From: Psammoneis japonica
Lineage: Eukaryota
Direction: 5' to 3'
Assembly: GCA_008632985.1 (NCBI GenBank)
Contig: QPGO01000341.1
Location: 1 to 51,929, forward strand
DNA length: 51,929 nucleotides
Position 1 is the stretch's first letter, and the number at the start of each line of letters is the position of its first letter. The notes below the pieces were generated by a model. That model was not told the origin of the DNA and ran no database searches. It worked only from the letters and a program-made list of their open reading frames with translations. Below, piece by piece: positions 45,740 through 51,929 of this stretch. Position numbers and translations under genes: made by a program.

Positions 45740-48250
45740 CACATCAGTGCTTCAGAACTTCCAAGAGTTGATCTTCAGATGGCCCTGATGCATGATTTGG
45801 TCATTTTGGAAGACTGGTGGAGATTGTGCTTTGAATCCATGGGGCACCCTGCCCAGACTAAAAGCGGCTTCCATGTTGGCAATTTTTGCTTTTTCAATTG
45901 CCACAAAACAAGTCTTGGCATGTGGCCCAAACACCCCAATGGCACATGCACACTTGTGGGAGATTGTCACATGCAGAGACAATGCTGCAGTGAACATGAA
46001 ATGGCAGGTGCTTCAAATGGTGGCATCTGCTGTTGTGCCATTCTTGTAGAGTGCAGCATCTTCACTCCTTGTGTCTCTTTGTGATGTCTGCATGGTGCCA
46101 CACAGAGTTGTGCATGGTGCATGCATGCATGAAGCCCCCCACATGGGGCTGCACTTGCATGCCAAAAATGAGCTCTCCAAGCTGTCCATGGCTGTGACAT
46201 CTTTTCCTGGAAAATGTCAGGTGAGTCATTGTATGAGTGCATTGTCAGGACCTGCATCTTGCACCTTCTAAATGTTCAGAGAAGCATGCACAGCTTTTGG
46301 CTGCTGCTGTCTGCAAGTCAAATGTGGCAGGAGCATCTGGCATTGGTGAGGAGATCCAACAATGTCACCCACCACACAAAGCCCTCAAGCTCATGCTGCA
46401 TGTTCTGGATGTGAGAAATTGGGTGGGGCAATCTTTTAACTCCATTGTTGAGCTCCCAGAAATCACCAACAAACCATGCCACAAAATCTTGCTTTGGCAA
46501 GGAAAATGATTTAGCTGTGCACTGCAGACACAGTTGGTTGTGCACTCAGTGATGCCAACTCTTTCTCAGCATTGCTTCACCTCTCCTTGGGGCTTTGCAA
46601 GGATGTCTGCAACATGGCTCAGCATGATCCTCTTTAAGCTGGGTGTGCTGGTGGGGACCCCCTTTCCACTCACCCAACATGCCATCAAAAGCAAGGACTC
46701 AAACTTGCTCAACAAACCAAGCAGCTTCACTTTCTGGTCACTGTCAAGACCTGTTGCACCCTGCATTGTGTCCTCAAGGCATGCTGGCACACACTCAGCA
46801 TCTGAGATCTTCACAACTCTGTTGCTTTCTGAAAACAGTGGTGGCTCTGGATCTTAAAAACAAATGAAGGTTTCTGCAGTTGCTTTTGCACACTTCAATG
46901 GCATCTCTTGTCATTGACCTTTGGCCACTCCAGCATGTCTCATCCAACAACCATGTGTCAGGTTTGCTTGATTGTCAATTGTGTGCATCATGGTGGGCTT
47001 CACACACAAGTTCTGCAGTTGTGGACAATTTTGGCAACTGGAAATTGGCAATGCAAGAACTGTGTGCCATCTTGGAGCTGCCTGCCACTGTGGTTTTGGC
47101 TGTTGTGTGACTCAAAAGCCATTTGCTTGCAGCACTTGGCATCTGGCAGCACGTGCTCCTGATGCCATCATCTGGCACTGCCTCAATTGTTTCAGGCTTG
47201 CCTTCACCATGCTTGGCATCCATGGCTGCAAACAAGATTGCTGCCAGTCAAATGTCTGTGCTTGATGTGTGTGCGGGGCTGGCCTGTGCAACATGAGTGT
47301 GATGGCACAACAAGTGATGCACTGACCCTGTCTGACTTGTGCCAGCCTGCTTTTTAGTCAGGCGCTGCTGTTGTCCTCTAAATTCTCATTGGAGTCACCC
47401 AGGGAGAGGGCACAGAAGTGATTTGGCTCCTGTTTGCAAGCCTTGCATGCCACCCTGCAGTTCTCAAGCACATCTTTGACTCTCACCTTGGCAGCTTTGT
47501 CAAGCTCCTCATGAGTGTGCAGTTTCTGTGTGGCTGGCTTCCCACTGCTGTTCATGTGGGACATCTTGAGACATTTCACCCCATGGCTCAAACTGAGATG
47601 TTCTTCCACATTGTGCACCTGGCATCATCACCACCATGCAATGCTCAGCATTTCTTGATGCCTTTCTCTCCTGACTGGTGACACCCCATTGATCTTTCTT
47701 CTTTCAACCATCAGAGCATCTTGTCATCGCAAATGGCAGCACTCAACGTGTCTGCATTTGCCTCCATGACAAGTGACAGCACACCAGCAGCATTGCAACA
47801 GCCCTGCTTGCACTGTTTTAGACCATGTGAGAACGTCAACAAAGTCAACATCATGTGCACCCATCCAAGTGGTGACCGACATTGGGAGACAAGTGTTCTT
47901 GTGCAGCAATGGCAATGAAGAGTCTTTCACAAATGAGGGTGAGTTGCAATTGATGTGCATGTTGTCACTTTTTTGGTGCCAGCCCTCACATCATGATCTC
48001 TGCAACAGATGATGTTGCTTCGAGCACACAATTTTGACAAAGTCTTTGCCCAGGAAACAGCCCCCTCTGTTGTGCACAAGAGGAGCAAGTTCCATCAGAA
48101 AGCATTTCTGTGTCAGCTCTGTGTGGCTTTGAAAGACCAGCCCTTGCACTGGACCAAGCAATTGAGTCCATGTCAAGTGCAAGGGTTGTCAACTAGATTC
48201 TGAAATGCGTGGGTGCTGCTTGAACAAGGTGGCCTGCACACTCACTCTGT
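45740..48250 (-). mobile_element. Second Gypsy/Ty3 remnant (gag, protease, RT, RNase H; heavily deleted), opposite orientation
   Basis: 'KISDAECVPA...LLGLLSKFESL', 'SFSLPKQD...FVGDFWELNNGVKRLPHPISHIQNM..ELEGF', 'SPDIFQEKMS'. Confidence 0.8.
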
Positions 48251-49299
48251 TGCCAAAGCTGCTCAGCATTTAGACTCTGTTGGTGCAGTTTGTGGTGACT
48301 TGTTTGAAGACAAATGGAAAGCTTCTTGGTGTTGTGGGTGGTCACTCAGTTGGCGATCTCATTTCTCCATTGTCACAGTCGTCTCTTGACATTTTTTTCT
48401 CAGCTTTTCACAAAAGAACACTGAAGACACAACATCTAAAATCAACAGGGCAGTGCAAAAACAGCAACAATGGCAGAACTCAGTTGTGCTGCTGGTGTCA
48501 GAAACAGCTCTGATTTAGCATTAAACCATGACAACATCCATTGGAACTAGAATTTGGCATGGACAGATGTTGCATGGCTCCATTGGACTATTTTCAGTTT
48601 GGTGCATCACGGGCGTTGACTGCCATCTCTCATGACACTGTCTCTAGATTTGTTTTCTCTGATGCCTCCATTCTTGAGCAAAACCCAAACTGCTTGCGAA
48701 TTTTGAATGTGCTGTGTTGTTTTGTCTGGAGAGCATCGCAGCTGGCTGCTTTGCAATTGACATGGCTCGAATGTCCCCCAGGCAAGCGGGCAATCAGTGT
48801 CGCAAGAGTCTAGCACCTGTCAATGACAAGCCTTGGGGCATCCCTCAACAAACACCCCAGTTTGGACCCCATTTGAAAACAAGAGGATGGCAGATGGCAG
48901 TGCAGTGCTGAAGCAGAAACAATGACAACACAGAATGCAACAACATTGCAATTGCTGCGACCATCATCACAGTCCATTGACTTGCATGCAGAACAAATTG
49001 CACACAAATGTAGATTGCCACAGCGTGCTTTTAGAGTCTTTCTGCCTCCATTGCACAAAGGTTCAAAGCATGTTTCAAATGGTCAAAACATGCCAATGTC
49101 AAACATTGACAGAAATCAGTGGCGCAGGACAATGTTGCCTCAAGAGCGCCATCATGAGATGGAGCTCAAGCATTCGCGCATCTTCAGAGTGAAAAATGTC
49201 ACTAAAAATGTGAAAGTGGAGGGGGTGCACTGTAGAGACAACAAGAGAACTTGCAAGTCAACCACCCTCTAAATCAACACTCCCTGTGAGTGAAGACTT

Positions 49300-50285
49300 G
49301 CCACATGAGGATGCGATGGAACCCCAGACCTGTGTTCCGTCAATGGCATGATCTGCTTGGCAAGCTTTTGCTCCTTCGCAGATGAACGCTGCTTTCTGTT
49401 TCAACAGCCATGACCTGGCTGGGTCAAGCAAACAGGCAACTTCCTGTGGTCAAAGACACAGGAGCAACATGGACTCCAGGCTGGAGTCATGCATTTGATT
49501 TGCCCCGACCTCCTGACTCAGCTGGCAGCACCTGTGCCACCCAGAGACAACACGCCATCAGCCAAGTGAGTTGTGGAATGCCAAACAAGAGTGAGCCATT
49601 TGCTCCAGAAGAAGAGTGAGCCATCCTCAGAGATTGTGGCTTCAAGCTTGGCAAACAACAAACACATTGTGTGAGACAACAAGTTGTGATCAAAGCAAAA
49701 TGGGGGACATGTCTGGACCGCTGTTCAAACAATCTTGCAAAGAATTTGTGCTGGAGGAACAGTCTGTCAATCAGCACAATTGGGGCATTTGGTGGTGGGG
49801 GAGGAAACTCACCCGGTTGCAGAAGGCTTCCTCTGAGCATCTGAAAGACAGAGTGACATCCGGGTTGTGAGGATGATTGTGGCTGGCATCGCGAAGGTCT
49901 GTTGAGCATTTGGAAGATGTGAGAGTTTCTTGTGAAGATGACCACCCCTTTCACATTCTGCAATTGGGTGCGACCTTTGAGAAACCAAAAATCCCAGTCA
50001 ATCATGTTTCAGGATGACTCGAGCATGTCTTGGATGTGCCCAATTTTGCAAGCTTTGGAGCTTCCCAACACTGCAAAGGAGGAGCATGGAATGTTGTGTC
50101 TGGGAATGTCGAAGAGAGAGGAGTGCCTCATGCTGGGCAAGCAGCATCAAGTGCAAGACATTGTGTGCTGTGTTGCACCCCACAACTTTTGTGAAGGCGG
50201 ACAGCGTGGATGGCAAGCTGAGGATGCTGGTGGAGGAGCTTCCAAGCCTGGATCTCTGAGGGATTTGACTCGGAGCAAAACACGA
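49300..50285 (+). mobile_element. Possible PIF/Harbinger-type DDE transposase remnant
   Basis: 'RRSMECCV/LGMSKR' followed by 'DIVCCVAPHNFC' resemble the E..FG.LK.R and C..LHN motifs; very degraded. Confidence 0.35.
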
Positions 50286-50289
50286 TGAA

Positions 50290-51929
50290 AAGCCCCCAAA
50301 GCTGATGCAGGCGGTTTGGATGCGGCTGCGGCTTTTCTCGAGGCACCAGGACTGGATGCTGGTGACGTAGGAGGAGGAACAAAGAAGGATGACAATGAAA
50401 AGAAAAAGAAGGGATGCTGTGGAGGAGGAGATGGAAAGGCCGACGAAAAGGTGCGTGTGCCATTCTCGTTTGTGACAAATAAACAGGTTATGGGTTTGAG
50501 AAAGGGCCTACTTTACCTACTTCTATTCTCTTTTTTCACCTGTAGGGCCCTAGGTCCTACTCTAGTGTCTCTCACTTCATAATTCCTGCTGCTGATGTGG
50601 TCTCAGGTTTCTGCGAAGGACAAGTTGACTGCGGAACGTCTTCTACTACAGCGCAAGGACGAGGAACGTATCAAGGCTGCTGAAGAGGCGGAGGCGCGCG
50701 TCGTATTGCGGAAGAGGAGGCCAAGGCAACGGCAGAAGCTGCAAGAATTGCCGAAGAAAAGGAATGGAAAAACAGAAAAAGAAGGAACATTGAGAGATAA
50801 AAGAGGGAAGGAACGTACATGAATCCGGTACAGAAAAGAAAAGCAGCCGAAGCAGCCCAAAGGCTCAAAGCCATGGAAGCCGAAGGTATGGTTCCGGTGT
50901 CTCAACTGGATAGAAAGAAACCGGTCTACTACAATATAAAAGAAAAGGGATGGGCGTGGAAAGGGCGGCGCAGCGCAACCAAAGGCTTTAGAGGAACCAA
51001 AGGCGGTGAAAGAGGCTGTTCCTGAACCCTCTAGCCAGAACCAGAACCCGTAAAGGAAGAGACAAAAGAGGAAAACAAACAGGAGGAATCTGGTGGAGAG
51101 TGGAATAACGAATGATCCGGGGCCGAGTGGGATGCCGACTCGGACGACGAGGGTAGCAGATTTGACGATTTGGCTGCAAAGCTCAAAAAGGTGGAAATGG
51201 AAAACGAGGACGAGGAGGATTTGATCTCAATGGAAAAGAAGAAAGAGCGGAATGGAACGTGCAAACGTGAAGCCGAGGAAGCCGAATGGTTTGCCCAGAT
51301 TCAGGCAAAGCAAGAAGAGGCCAACCGGCAGCAGCAACTTGCTGCTCAGAATCACGAGGATGGACGAAAAAAGCAATTGGAACAGAAAGAGGCCAACTTG
51401 GCAGCCCGATCCAAGGACGATTTGCGCTGCCTATTTGTTGTTATCATGGGCCACGTTGATACTGGAAAGACCAAGCTCCTGGACAAATTCGAAAGACCAA
51501 TGTACAAGAAGGCGAAGCTGGTGGTATTACTCAGCAAATCGGAGCGACATACTTTGAGCAGGCGGCTCTGATCCACCAAACTGCCAAGCTCAATGAAACG
51601 GAGAAGTTTGGCATTAAAGTTCCGGGAATGCCGGTGATTGATATGCCAGGTCACGAGTTCTATACCAATATCCGTTCCCGCGGGTCTTCCGTTTGTGACG
51701 TTGCTCTTCTGGTTGTCGATCTTATGCGCGGTTGGAGCAGCAGACCATCGAGAGTCTCACCATGTTGCGCAAGCGAAGTAGCGTTTGACAAGGTGGACAG
51801 GTGTTATGCTTGGAAGACGTGTAAGGATACCCCTATTGTCAGTGCAATCGGAATTGGAACGGCACACAAGCGTGACAAAGATTTCTATGAACGAAAAAGG
51901 CTGCCCGGAGTACGCCACAATCCTTGCGT
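50290..51929 (+). pseudogene. eIF5B: Eukaryotic translation initiation factor 5B copy with multiple frameshifts; runs off the window end
   Basis: Charged N-terminal region, 'DDLRC..VVIMGHVDTGKTKLLDK', then in shifted frames 'TNVQEGEAGGITQQIGATYF', 'IDMPGHE...RSRGSSVCDVALLVVDLM' and 'LEQQTIESL'. Intron donor at 50451. Confidence 0.88.

Noticed and set aside
22000..50285. Classical fungal RIP or CpG deamination as the sole explanation
   Set aside because: Neither removes TpA nor turns conserved Tyr into His/Cys; CpG decay is present but additional.
22000..50285. Alternative genetic code or RNA editing restoring the TEs
   Set aside because: The elements also carry many frameshifts, deletions and nested insertions, and flanking genes use Tyr and standard stops.

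Overview
Eukaryotic genomic window, most likely from a diatom (inferred from short GT-AG introns, CoDi-like Copia elements, a DUF1800/DUF1501 fusion gene and diatom-type hypothetical proteins). Bases 1-8.1 kb are gene-like: an MscS channel gene, a small RRNSK-motif protein and an AT-hook protein. Bases 8.6-21.7 kb hold decayed or duplicated genes: DUF1800/DUF1501 copies, a Pro/Ser-rich membrane protein, a DEAD-box fragment, a large gene with a 1541-bp tandem duplication, and a tyrosine-recombinase remnant. Bases ~22-50.3 kb are a nested transposon graveyard: three Copia, two Gypsy, a mini-LTR element, a MITE, a minisatellite and a possible Harbinger remnant. The window ends in a broken eIF5B copy. 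The most striking signal is a repeat-associated, RIP-like mutation pattern. In duplicated and transposon DNA, TpA is converted to CpA or TpG. In young duplications CpG is kept while TpA is lost, so this is separate from ordinary 5mC deamination. Counts were made by eye; no database searches were run.
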